64,000 bases of DNA, taken from positions 84,568,001 through 84,632,000 of the forward strand of contig CM060731.1 in assembly GCA_030704615.1 (NCBI GenBank). The letters are read 5' to 3'. This DNA is from Takakia lepidozioides (Eukaryota; Plantae; Bryophyta). This document shows positions 1 to 11,975 of the stretch, one piece after another. The notes beneath the pieces are model-generated. The model was not told the DNA's origin. It was given only the letters and a program-made list of their open reading frames with translations, and did not search any database. The translations under genes and the position numbers were made by a program. Numbering within the stretch: the first letter of the stretch is position 1; the number at the start of each line of letters is the position of its first letter.

Positions 1-11
1 TAAACGAGCAG

Positions 12-1724
12 ATGGCAAGGGCAGGTTTGCCAAAGCCCAATTTCAGGGGATTCATGGTAGATAACGCTCAGGCTAACTGGGTAGCGGTGCGGCATGTGTA
101 TGGTGAGGACCCCAATGTTCCAATGGAGGGGAAAGAGAGATCCTGTGGATTCCATTGGATGCAGAGTCTATCTCACTACACTACCAAATTTGTTGCTAGC
201 TCATTCCAAGCTGAACACTGTGTCATTTGTACGACGTGGAATGATGCACCCACATTTGATGACGCGGAGGTTAAGTTTGCTATCATTGAGGCTTGGTGGA
301 ACATGTCAGGTGCAGTGGAGACAACCAATCTGGGAGCCTTGCACAGCTGGTTGAGGTGGTGGCATTTCCGGTATCGACAGTTCGGACAGTACATGCGGGA
401 GGTATGATGCCAGAGTTTTGCTGCAATTGTCGTTCTACTACGGACCTTTCCATTTTTCCCTCACCATTGTTTCTGTCCTTGTAGAGCGGTGCCTGGATTC
501 CGACACGGACATGCCAAACACAAATATGGCAGAATCAGTCCACTCCTCCTGGCGAGCGTCTTCTGCCGCACATCTGGTGGACGTAGTGATGGCCACAATT
601 GAGGCCATCGACAGAGCAATCATGTAGCAAGCCAGGTACTACAAGTTTCTGAGCGGAAAACAATGGGGCTTTGGGCCGGACATGGAGGAATTGTTGGTAC
701 GAATAGCTTCGAGGTCGAAGAATCCACTGAAATGGTGACAACATTGTGAGAGAAGATCAAAGGGACGCCTCTGCACCGCAGAGGTGAACACCTAGACAGC
801 ACCTAGAGGTCTCGTCATGTTTGTGTCTTCCAGCAGTGGAAGCCCAAGAGTTTCCAGATCGCCATCGCCTTCAAGCAGGGATTCCGTGCGAGAAATTCTC
901 ACCGCTCGCCTACCCCAAATTCCGCCCGCTGTTATGCAGTATGGCCAAGCCATTGTGGAGACGACTGTGTCTATATCATAGTGGAGAATTGCTCGCACAA
1001 GGCCGGCGTTTTGAGGCAGGTGTTCTGCAATTCGCAAAGTGTTCCGCAAAGTTTGTGGAGGCGACAACGACCTAATTCTGGTTCTGCAGGTAATGACTTG
1101 CGTGTACGGAAAGCCCAAATACGGCATACAAACAATGCCAGAGGCTCCCCCGGTGTGGCCGGTGGAACCAGGATGCGATCTGAGTTAGGTTGAGGCCGAT
1201 GCCCTTATTGCCGCAAGATTTCGGATGGTGCAGCGCACTGACATCCCCGAACAACCATTTCCGCTTCCACAGCCTCCACCACTGAGCCCTGTGAGAGCAA
1301 GAACAATGGGACGCGACAACTCTAAGCATCCTACACACCGTTGGGGGAAACCGAAGAGGCGACGACCTCCCTCAAAAGTGAACGAGACAAGGATGGGAAA
1401 TGCACTTCGGATGAACTATACAATCCAGAGCTCAACAGAAGTGCCCCACCCGGCTTCGGGCGTGTGTATCAGATGGCCACGGTAGGCTCAGCTGTCCGCA
1501 ATGAGGTGTACACCATCACCATTTCAGAATTACCCACTTGCAATTGCACCGACTTCCAGATCATGGCGAAGAAGGGGGCATCATACTGCCCTTGCAAGCA
1601 TATATACTACGTGTACCTAAAGAGACTCCGGTGTAATTCCACAACTCATCACTTCATACATGCACCAAGGTTGAGCCCCCAAGAGGTGTACACTCTTCTG
1701 AATATGGATCCAGGGGACCAGTGA
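12..1724 (+). pseudogene. MULE-type DDE transposase, 3' half, with SWIM zinc finger (degenerate)
   Basis: FMVDNAQAN (second D), CGFH (CxxH), intron about 402-484, NTNMAESVH (E), SWIM CNCTDF...CPCKH. In-frame stops (CAG>TAG at 625-627) and frameshifts. Confidence 0.85.
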
Positions 1725-1801
1725 GCTTGGCTTGCGGGCCACAACACAATGTTACGCCCATCCTTCCCGGAGTTTCAGTTATAGTAGAACTGTACTGCTG
1801 C

Positions 1802-2490
1802 CACTACAAACAAATGGGGGGGGGGGGGGGGGGGGGTTTGCGATGCCAGCCGCGCCCCCACGCCCCGCGTGGCGCCGAGCGTGTGACGCAACCCCGCGGA
1901 GCGTGTTTGCGACGCTGGGCCGTCGCACCCAAACCCCGCGGGCCGCCACCTGGCGGCGACGCCTGGCCGTCGCACGGAGTAATGAAGGGCAAATGGCAGC
2001 CCTTCCGTGCGACGCCCAAGCGTCGCCCCCAGCAAAGGGCAGAAGGCAGCCCTTTCGGGCAATGGCCGCTCGTCGCACGCCGGAAAAAAAAAAACCTTCT
2101 TTCATCGCAGCCCTTTCTTGCGACGCCAGGCCGTCGCATGGTGGCATGAAGGGCAAAAGGCCCCTGCGACGGCCGGGCGTCGCAAACTGCCCGGCTGCCC
2201 TATTCTTGCAAAAAAAAAAAAAAAACGGGTCACATTGTGCGACCCCCGGCCTCATAAATCCATTCAAAAAAACAGGTCGCAAATGGCGACGGTTGGCCGT
2301 CGCCGTTTGCGACCCCCGGCCTAAAAACCGCGTCGCAAGTGGCGACGCGTGGGGGTCGCAGGCAGCGACGGCACGGCTTTCTAGGTTTAGGTCTAGGGCC
2401 TTTGGGGGTTCTTAGTTTTTTTTTTTTTTTTTTTATGGTACAGGGGTAGGGTGTTTGTTTTTCTTTATGGTTTAGTTTGTTGTTGTGGAT
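1802..2490. repeat. CACTA terminal/subterminal region (TGCGAC/GTCGCA motifs); inner part is an inverted copy of 23550-23920
   Basis: Dense GCGAC/GTCGC motifs. 2360-2471 is the reverse complement of about 23571-23690. Confidence 0.85.
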
Positions 2491-3674
2491 CTTCTTGTAG
2501 ATTGTGACATTCATTTTGATAATTCTCTTGATACCACATCTGTATGTGTTGCTCCAACATATTCATTGCCTCTGCCTTCTTTCTTGAAGACTACCAGCCA
2601 CAACCATATTTGATGAATCATAGAAATAAACTACAATATGCATGTACATGTACAATCAATTGAAAGGATGGGTCCAGTTCAGTGCGAGAATTGTTATGTA
2701 GCTTTGATTTTGTGTCTAATCAACTTGAACATCATCATCCGGAGGGGGGCTGTTATTTCATGAGCGGCATGAGCATGAGCGGGAAAAAAAAAACATGAGC
2801 GGGCCGAATTGTATCCACGGAAATAGGGTTAGGAGGCACGGAAATAGGGTCATGTGGACTCGTCATAGCAATGAAATGCAACATTTTACTGCAAATTTGG
2901 TGGCAAGCCACGTCTATACAATTGTGTCCTAACTGTCATAGCAGGAATGGGAACTACTCTCCTACACCTTCCGAGGAACTTGGCCCTCCTTCTTCCTCAT
3001 CCCCCTCATCCCCCCATCCTCCGAGCTCTGTGATGCATCGGTTGCAGTATGCCTCTCAAAAATGCCGTCCTCTCCTTGGGGGACTGTCCACCTCACCTCC
3101 TGGGAATCTTCTGCCTCTTCTCCCCCACTTTCCTCAGCAGAATCCAACACAAATCTACGAGCCCGACGGGCTCTAATAGCTGCTGCCTCCTCCCTCATCT
3201 TCATTTTCTTGAGGCTTGCCTCGTCTAAAATCTGCTGTACACGACTAGGTTCGGAACACCTCCTAATGGACACCGAAGCAAGCCGGGCAGCATAATAGGA
3301 AGGATGTAGTCCCTTGCTGGACTAGGCATGAAATGCCCCCTGGCAAAAAAAAACACGTTCCTCCTGCCCATGAACTCCGGTGTAGACGTCCCTCCTGCTG
3401 TACTTGGCATCCTACAGTAAGAACAAATCCACTTCAAGAATGTCAATACCACCAGAAGCAGAAAGGGTAATAAGAAAGCGAAGGGAGGTGCCTCACAAAA
3501 TCTGGAGGCAACTTACAATGCGACCACTCACTCGTACACCGGGGGCTCCTCGGCCTCAATCCCAACTTGTTCCTCCCCCTGCTCCTTCTCGGATTTTTCC
3601 TCATCCTCCGAGGATGCCTCTTCCTCTTTCGGCAGACGTTCAGCTGCTGCAAGTTCGGAGTTGTGGAGGGCAGT

Positions 3675-4445
3675 ATCTGGCTCAAAGGCAAACACATGCC
3701 TGTCGGACAACATCCCTGCCCACATTGAAGCACCTGAGGAACAAAGCGGGCGGTTAATAGCTTGCGGCATGCAATTGCAATCGGGCCAGGGGAAAAACTG
3801 AGCACGTGAAGGCTTACCCGTGCCGCATGTAAGGTCCAGAATCCGCCCTTGGACATCCGAGCAAGTCTCCATGAGGGTTTGGATGAAAGCAAGGCTCCGG
3901 GTCCGGCTGTACCGCCACGGTTTGCCTGTCTTTGTGTCCTTCGGCATACTGGAGTGGGGCACATAGTTGTAGAGGACATCGTAGGTAACAAAGTCCACAA
4001 CGGCATCAACAAGATGACCGTCGTTGCGGAATTTGAACGTAGACCCTCTCTTCACAAAGCAATATGCCTCAAACACCAATGTCTGCACATCCAACAAAAT
4101 AGGGATCAACTCCGGGATCTTGTTTAGATACACCACAATATGAGGTGAATGCAATAGATTGATAACTTACACTTTGGCCCTCTGTTCGCAACCCCTGTGT
4201 ATTGATGCAGAACCATTTTCTGAGGAGGACCGGGGTGACACTTTTCGGTGTCCACCTTGCCACCGCATTCTCTGTGGTCTTTCCTATTGTGGCAAGGACA
4301 ACCACACATCCACCGTCATCCAGAAGCATCCCCGCCAGCCCAAACCCGGCTTTCCAGTAGTCCTCAGTAAACATGTTCCAGGTGGGCACACCATCCAGGC
4401 CCTCCAGCAGCTCCCCATCTGGAATGTCGAGGAGAATCATGTCGC
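3675..4445 (-). CDS. N4/N6 DNA methyltransferase-like domain (beta-class motif order), open after removing two introns
   Basis: CDMILLDIPDG (motif IV position, 4417-4428) ... GMLLDDGGCVVVL ... KPWRYSRTRSLAFIQTLMETCSDVQGRILDLTCGT|GASMWAGMLSDRHVFAFEPD (motifs X, I, II; compare VLDPFxGSGTTxxAAxxxGRxxIGxE). Introns 4083-4170 (phase 0) and 3734-3817 (phase 1). Confidence 0.75.
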
Positions 4446-5342
4446 AAGCTCTCTCCACCTCAACCCCCCCCCCCCCCCCCCCCCCCCCCGAGTGCTCTTG
4501 CAATCCGTGCTCACAGCCGTGAAGAATTCCATCATGGCTTCAAAACCAGGGGTGTCTTTAGGCTCTGTACCGGCAGCCCTCTTCTTGGCTTTCCCCTTCT
4601 GCTCCGCCAGAGACTTGCTGTGTGCCACCTTCTTTGCCCTGGCAGCGAGAGCGTCAAGGAAGCTCTCATTGACGCATTGGATGATGGTTGGAGGTTCTAG
4701 CTTTGGCCTGTGCGTAAACGTCACCGCCGAATACCGCCGTGTAGGCTCGCCCTCAAATGCCAACTTCTTGGCAGAGCCAGTCCCACTCCGAACTGACTTG
4801 GGAACCCGGACGACCGGTGACTGGGTAGCAGCAACAACAGTCGCAGGACCTTGAACAAAGTCGTCGTCTGAGTCACTCTCTTGGGTCCCCTCCTGCGCCT
4901 GCTCCGATGCCCCGATGGTTTTCTGTTTTTTGGGTGTTACTGCACTCACCTGTTTCCTTGTCCTTTTCCTTTGGCCTTTACTCTTCTCATTCAATTTCTC
5001 TTGAATTCCTGCCTGAGCAAGCTCTGCCGCTTTCCTGGAGTTCGCAAGCGCTTTTGCCTCTTTTGCACCCAGCGGAGGCAGCGGAGCCCGGTTTCGTCGG
5101 GCCTCAGCATCCAGCTTCAATTGAAACTCAGATGGGTCGAGCATGCCGGGCGGAAGGTCCACATACCAAGGGCAATCACGCAAATGTTCCAGATGCCACT
5201 CCTTCACAATATCGTCAGTGTACATGGAGTCAGCCCCAGGGTTCCTCCATGCCAGGAAGAATGGTGGCTCGAAAGACAGATGACCTTTCTCCAAAAGGGA
5301 GAACTTGCAGTACCCGCATTCATGAAAAACACAATGAGGTCC

Positions 5343-6640
5343 CTGAACTGCAAATTCGGCACCATTTTCCCAGGTTGGGGCGGATCTGAGTGGGCCTAGA
5401 AATGGAAAAATGGCGCCGAATTTCGGTTTTCAGTGACTGCCACCCTAGGGACTTAGCCATCTTGGGAGCCCTGAACTGGAAATTCGGCGCCATTTTCCCC
5501 GGTTTGGCCCGAAGATGGCTGTCCCAGAATGGCAATAGGGCCCAGAAATGGAAAAATGGCGCCGAATTTCCAAGTCAGGGCCAGCCACCCTAGGGACTTG
5601 GCCATTTTCGGAGCCCTGACTGGAAATTCGGCGCCATTTTCCTAGGTCCGGCCCGAAAATGGCTAAGTCCCACAAGGGCAATAGGGCCCAGAACTAGAAA
5701 AATGGCGCCGAATTTCCAGTTCAGGGCCAGCCACCCTAGGGACTTAGCCATTTTCGGAGCCCTGACTGGAAATTCGGCGCCATTTTCCCAGGTCCGGCCC
5801 GAAAATGGCTAAGTCCCAGAACGGCAATAGGGCCCAGAACTGGAAAAATGGCGCCGAATTTCCAGTTCAGGGCCAGCCGCCCTAGGGACTTAGCCATTTT
5901 CGGAGCCCTGACTGGAAATTCGGCGCCATTTTCCCAGGTCCGGCCCAAAAATGGCTAAGTCCCACAAGGGCAATAGGGCCCAGAACTGGAAAAATGGCGC
6001 CGAATTTCTAGTTCAGGGCCAGCCACCCTAGGGACTTAGCCATTTTCGGAGCCTTGACTGGAAATTCGGCGTCATTTTCCTAGGTTCGGCCCGAAAATGA
6101 CTAAGTCCCATATGGCCTTGACCTGGAAAAATGGCGCCGAATTTCCAGTTCAGGGCCAGCCACCCTAGGGACTTAGCCATTTTCGGAGCCCTGACTGGAA
6201 ATTCGGCGCCATTTTCCCAGGTCCGGCCCGAAAATGGCTAAGTCCCAGAACGGCAATAGGGCCCAGAACTGGAAAAATGGCGCCGAATTTCCAGTTCAGG
6301 GCCAGCCGCCCTAGGGACTTAGCCATTTTCGGAGCCCTGACTGGAAATTCGGCGCCATTTTCCCAGGTCCGGCCCAAAAATGGCTAAGTCCCACAAGGGC
6401 AATAGGGCCCAGAACTGGAAAAATGGCGCCGAATTTCTAGTTCAGGGCCAGCCACCCTAGGGACTTAGCCATTTTCGGAGCCTTGACTGGAAATTCGGCG
6501 TCATTTTCCTAGGTTCGGCCCGAAAATGACTAAGTCCCATATGGCCTTGACCTGGAAAAATGGCGCCGAATTTCCAGTTCAGGGCCAGCCACCCTAGGGA
6601 CTTAGCCATTTTCGGAGCCCTGATCTGGAAATTCGGCGAA
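5343..6640. repeat. Intronic tandem array, about 9 units of 146/137 bp with a duplicated 429-bp higher-order repeat
   Basis: CCCTAGGG anchor at 5443, 5588, 5734, 5880, 6026, 6163, 6309, 6455 and 6592. Each unit has GGAAATTCGGCGCC on both strands and 19-bp inverted arms GGGACTTAGCCATTTTCGG/CCGAAAATGGCTAAGTCCC. Confidence 0.95.
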
Positions 6641-7892
6641 AAATGCAAGGACTGTAAGGAAGGCATCGCGTATGTACCTGTACAGAAGGCGCATTGCTGC
6701 TTTGTCCGTGTTCGGCTGGTCGGTGAACTCGTGGCTCCGGCGGGCATGTGGTATCTCCCGAAAGAATAGGTCGGTTTTGTAGAGCAGAAAGTACCTCGTC
6801 ACATAGTCGCGTAGGGCTCTCTGCTGCAGGAGAAATCTCCATCTTGAACTGATGTGCTTGTGTGTCCAGCTGCTCTTGCGCATTCGTCGTCACCTATGGA
6901 GATTCTCCATCAGATTGCATTGCTGAAAAAATACAATGAATCCACCCCCTACAAGAGTAGAAGCGCCAAACGAAGCGTGGGGAAGTACCTGAAACCACCA
7001 TGTCATGCGGTTCATCCACATGTCGAATGTGGGGTCAGACAGTTTGTCCGGTTTGGGGAAGCTCCACATGTCCCTTGTACTTTGGGAACCATTCCAGATT
7101 TGGAGCCACCGGGTCTGTCCAACCACCCAGCATATTCGTAAGCGCCAAACACCACAAAAACGAGTTGTTGCCACCACAATTTGGTTAAGAATGTATCACC
7201 TTTTCTGCACCATCCACACAGGATGTGGCTAGACGATGGAGCTTCTCCAATGTCATCGTGGGCTTCAGAGCGCGGGAGTAGTGCTTCCCCACCTCCACCA
7301 GAAAGTCGGCACCAAGGGCGGGATCAGCTATGGCCACGTACTTTACCATCCGCGACTTGTACTTTATGCGGGCCCTCACCTCCGCAGCTTTGAGATACGA
7401 TTCGAGTGCCGGGAGGGTTAGATTCTTCTCCTCTGACTCCATGTAGAACCTCCGTGCATGTGCCAAATTCTGCTGAATTTTTGTCTGTCAAGAATGCGTA
7501 CATAAGATTAGAGATCCTGCTCAACACTTTTTCTTCTATGGGGGGAGGAGAGACAGATTAGCTCAACAAAACAGTCAGGAGCTTTACCCGAAATATGTAG
7601 TCCACCATGGCGTCCATGCTCAGCCTATACCAGGTTCTGTCTGCCTTTGCCTCCGACTTGCGCAGGAGGTCAGCACTGAGCGAATTGGCAAACTCTTGCA
7701 CCCCCTGCTTCCCGACATCCTTCACTCGGAAGAGCATATGGGACAAGTTGGTGGCAATGAAGGCATTCTCAGTCATCCTGCAATGCCACATTTCCATCAA
7801 ACAATTCTGAAATGGGAATTTCCAACAAATATGAGGATTCGCAATGAAATGACTTACAATCGGATGGGTCCAAAAGCAAGAGGCGTTGTAAC

Positions 7893-8350
7893 TTACGAGT
7901 TGATGTCCGCCATTGCCGCTTTGAGAAGACTGCGATCTTTGGGTCCCGCAACCTTCAGCACAACACACTCCACGGCGAAATGCCAATCGAGGTCGTTGGG
8001 GTGGGCTTCGGCTATGTGCTCCATCCATGCCAGGAGGCGATGATTGCCGTCCCACACGTAAAACATCTTTCCGGACAAGTGCTGGAAAAGAGGATCAGTA
8101 ACAATCGATCTCTCGAACTCCTCATTTCGCCTTTGCCAATGGGACCCCATTTGTCCACCTCATCGGAAGTGTGGGCACGGGAAGCTCCGTGGTCGTTCTC
8201 AATGGAAACGTAAAACGCGGCAGACCCCATTCGATATCCATCCCGGAAAGAGAATTTCAGCTTGTCGATATCGCCTGGGAGGGTAGGTCTCACCACCTGC
8301 AAAGACACCAAGCGGCAAAGGGGAATTCGAAGCTTGGCCGGGTACACCAT
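7893..8350 (-). CDS. ParB/Sulfiredoxin-like domain (frameshifted)
   Basis: KLRIPLCRLVSLQVVRPTLPGDIDKLKFSFRDGY resembles the ParB N-terminal box. FYVWDGNHRLLAW (8037-8051 = DGNHR) matches the DGxxR motif. Confidence 0.7.
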
Positions 8351-9954
8351 GCCCCCAGCACCCTGCCAATGTTGCTGTGGGTTGCCTCCAACATCTTGGC
8401 AGCGGCCAACTTCATATCCGCCTCGGACATGACGTCTGCTGCAGAGGGGTTCTCCGGCAGCCCACCAGGACCGCCAAATCCAGCCTGTATGCTGCGGGTT
8501 TGGGGCCTGGGGATGTCCGGGAGGATGTCATCCTGGTCAGAAAGCTCGGTGTTGTCCTCCTCAACATGGTGAACCACCGGCGAAACCACCTCGAGCACTC
8601 TCCCTGTCTCTACTGCCATCTCCCCGCTTCACCTCGAACTTGCACAATCCGTGCTCTTTGTGGTGTTTTTTTCCTCTCCTCCACTCTCCACCGTATGGGT
8701 AATTGCGGGGGCTGCTCTTGTCCGCGATGGTGTAACCGGTGTGTTACTGCCTCTTTGTGGTGTCTTGGAGGGATCCACCGTCTCTGTGCGTCCCTCGCTT
8801 ACATTGGCATCTGTCATTTGGGCACCCCTGGCCTCTTCAGTGGCCTTTTCTCTTTCCTCCTGGCTAGCCTTCTGTCTCGCCTGTTCTTTTGCCCTCTCTT
8901 TTGCCCTCTCACGGGCTTTCTGTTTCTTACTAGGGCTAGCAGCAGGGGAGCCCTCCAGGACGACCACCTTTGATTGAGGAGAATGAACACCCTCGCGCGC
9001 ACTACTCACTCCCCCCTCCGTAGCCCGAGACGGCTCTCTCGCCGGGGATTGCATGTGCTTAGCTTTCTTTCTTCTTCTTTGCGTGGGCGGGCCCTACTGC
9101 ATGTGCATCAACAACCTCCATTGCCGGATCTACTATCCTCACGTCCTCACGCCCTTCACCTGCCATGCCGCCTGCACCAACCTCCCCAATGCCTATTCTG
9201 TCGTACCCTCGCTGCAGGTCCTCCCGTCCACCAACAAAAGGTTGAAGTTTGCCCTCTCACCCCAAGTTGGGCGATTCAAACATGCGATGAGTTGGAGCGG
9301 TCGATGATACCACCAGCGTGCCGGGCTCGTCGTCACTCTGTCATTCCCAAAATCGTCAGAACCAACATCGGTGCCAAAACCAACATGGCAACGAGCAGCG
9401 CAACCACCATAGCAACAATCGTGGAACAACAATGAAAACAAAACAAGTTTAGGAAGTATGGAGTGCCATGGAACAACAATGAAAACAAATCCAACCAATG
9501 CCTAAGAATGACATGCTTCCAGCGATGCCAGGATGAAGATGCAAAAACAAAGCGAAACAACAAAGCGAAAGCAAAAGCAAAAGCAAAAGCCAAAGCGAAC
9601 AAAGCGAAAGCAGAAGTGGCTTGCCTGAGAGTACTCGGCTTTAGTTGGCACGGGTTGTGAGCAAGACACTGGAATCTCCTGCTGGAGCTTAAGTTTGGCC
9701 ATGCGAGAGATTGGTCGTCGTCCGTAGTACAAAGCTTTCAACTTCCGCCGCGGTCTGGATGTGAGGTCTCTCTCAGGAGAGCCACGCCCTTCAGGCGGCA
9801 TAAGTCCCAGCCAAAATGGAAAAAGATCTCAGTTTTTTGGGGGTACATGTCTCGAATAGAAGTTAATCCAAGATTAGCATCAGATTTAGGGTACGTATCG
9901 AGGAAGCCATGTGTCGCCAGCCCAAATAAGAACGGACGGCGGTGGACTTTTAAT

Positions 9955-10760
9955 GCCCATCCGCCAGGTACGGCGGCGCGCAAAATTTCCGTCATGTAGG
10001 TAATTCAGAGAGCAGCAGGATGGAAATTCAGCGCCGAATTTCCATCCTGCCAGGTAGGGCGGCGCGCAAAATTTCCGCCACGCAGGTAATTCGGAGCCGG
10101 ATGGATGGAAATTCGGCGCCGGATTTCCATCTTGCCAGGTAGGGCGGCGCGCGAAATTTCCGCCACGCAGGTAATTCGGAGCCGGATGGATGGAAATTCG
10201 GCGCAGGATTTCCATCCTGCCAGGCAGGGCGGCGCGCGAAATTTCCGCCATGCAAGTAATTCGGAGCGGATGGATGGAAATCCGGCGCCGGATTTCCATC
10301 CTGCCAAGGTAGGGTGGCACGCGAAAACTCCGCCACGTAGGTAATTCGGAGCCGGATGGATGGAAATTTAGCGCCGGATTTCCATCCTGCCAGGTAGGGC
10401 GGCGCGCGAAATTTCCGCCACGCAGGTAATTCGGAGCCGGATGGATGGAAATCTGGCTCCGGATTTCCATCCGCCAGGTTGGACGGAGAGCGGATGGATG
10501 GAAATTCGGCGCCGAATTTCCATCCGGCAGGTAGGGCGGCGCGCAAAATTTGCGTCATGCAGGTAATTCGGAGCGGATCAGGATGGAAATTCGGCGCCAA
10601 ATTTCCATCCTGCAGGTAATTCGAAGCCCGGATGGATGGAAATCCGGCGTCGAATTTCCATCTAGCAGGTAACTCGGATCGCTGGCGGATGGAAATTCGG
10701 CGCCGACGAATTTCCATCCGCCAGGTAAGTCGAAGCGCCGAATTACCTTCCTGCAGGTAA
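9955..10760. repeat. Tandem array of about 85-bp units centred on a palindrome
   Basis: GCCAGG anchor at 10049, 10134, 10219, 10303 and 10389. Perfect 30-bp palindrome GGATGGAAATTCGGCGCCGAATTTCCATCC at 10496-10525. Confidence 0.95.
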
Positions 10761-10859
10761 TTCTGAGCGTGGCCGCTTGGTTTTTCGGAGAAAAACAAAG
10801 TAAACTGTTAGTTTTGTGGCTGAAGTCCACTTTTAGACACGTTTTTCATGGAATCCTTG

Positions 10860-11750
10860 ACTGCTAGAGGGAAATCCGAACGGCCTCGGACGGAAATTCG
10901 GCGCCGTTTTTCCATCCTGGGAGGTTTTTATATCGTCCAGTTTTGGGCCTCACCACCCGACCGGACTTCCTTTGAGGGGGCCCGGATGGAAATTCGGCGG
11001 CGAATTTCCATCCGGGGGATGGTCTCTGTCGGACAGGTGCCGGCCTCTACGCCCGAGGCGACTTCGTCCGGGTGTGACCTGTTGGATATTCGAATTTCCG
11101 TCCGGGGGTTGAAATGTGACGGCTACATGCCGGCCTCTCCCCCCTACTCGACTGCATCGGAACGGCCCCGGATGGAAATTCGGCGCCGTTTTCCCATCTG
11201 GAGAGGATTTTATGTCGGCCAGTTTTCGGCCTGCCCCCCCGACATGACTTCGTTTGGGGGGGCCCGGATGGAAATTCGGCGCCGAATCTCCATCCAGGGG
11301 ATGCTCTCTGTCGAATACGCGCCGGCCTCTATGCCCGAGGCGACTTCATCCGGGCTTCCCCTGTTGGATATTCGTTGCCGAATTTCCGTCCGGGGGTTGT
11401 AATGTGAGGGCCAGGTGGTGGCCTTTCCCCCGAGCCGACTGCATCCGAACGGCCTCGGATGGAAATTCGGCGCTGTTTTTCCATCCGGGGAGGTTTTTAT
11501 GTCGGCCAGTTTTCAGCCTAACCCCCCGACACGACTTCCTTTGGGGGGATCCGAATGGAAATTCGGCGCTGAATTTCCATCCCGGGGATCTTCTTTGTCG
11601 GACAGGTTCCGGCCTCTCTGCCCGAGGCAACTTCATACGTGCGGCCCCTGCTGGATATTCGGTGCCGAATTTTCATCCGGGGGTAGTAATGTGACGGCAC
11701 GGTGCCGGCTTCTCCCCTTCAGCCGACATCATCCGGACGGCCCTTTCTGA
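10860..11750. repeat. Three diverged units of about 285 bp, each with about 3 copies of the same palindromic motif
   Basis: GAACGGCC(T/C)CGGA(C/T)GGAAATTCGGCGC at about 10878, 11160 and 11447. Confidence 0.85.
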
Positions 11751-11975
11751 CTGCATACCGTTGGCAGTTATTGCGCAAAGACTAGGGGCCGCATTCCTGA
11801 GACAAGGTTCATTACCACTCTGACTGTGGATTTTTGAGATAGTTGGCTCCTTGGATTTGGATCAGGCTTCGTCACTCGGACAAATCGGCACCGCATTCCT
11901 TCCTATCGCTGCATCCCCCTTCTACCAGGGAGCTTGCCCGCACGTCATCCTGGGAGTCTTGTGTGCACATCTCCC

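Larger units (their letters stand above)
2962..9054 (-). pseudogene. Multi-exon cargo gene: low-complexity N-terminus - ParB/Srx-like domain - helical region - basic linker - beta-class amino-DNA-methyltransferase fold - acidic tail
   Basis: Chain of collinear minus-strand ORFs (8629-9054, 8290-8619, 8012-8350, 7893-8150, 7558-7780, 7185-7466, 6602-7177, 4437-5294, 4069-4503, 3528-4154, 2962-3452). They are linked by GT-AG introns, one in-frame TGA (8629-8631) and frameshifts, several of them at homopolymers. Reading them as one gene is an inference. Confidence 0.7.

Noticed and set aside
1721-2415. Long GC-rich ORFs in CACTA subterminal regions (also 27795-28250 and 40398-40966)
   Set aside because: Stop-poor repeat DNA that is open in several frames, with no protein motifs.
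4464-4489. Long C/G homopolymers (also 1815-1836 and about 22505-22534) as programmed frameshift or G4 switches
   Set aside because: Cannot be told apart from slippage or long-read homopolymer error without raw reads. Several gene frameshifts may be such errors.
5343-6640. CRISPR-like appearance of palindromic repeats (also 9955-10760 and 44930-46690)
   Set aside because: The sequences between palindromes are themselves repeated rather than unique spacers; there are no cas genes and the context is eukaryotic.
3528-8350. Bacterial or phage contamination as the source of the ParB and MTase motifs
   Set aside because: Spliceosomal introns interrupt the motifs, and the gene lies inside a TSD-flanked element nested in a plant CACTA.
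5320-11750. ORFs with repeated WKFGAEFP / MEIRRRIS peptides
   Set aside because: They are translations of the DNA palindrome arrays and appear in several frames on both strands.
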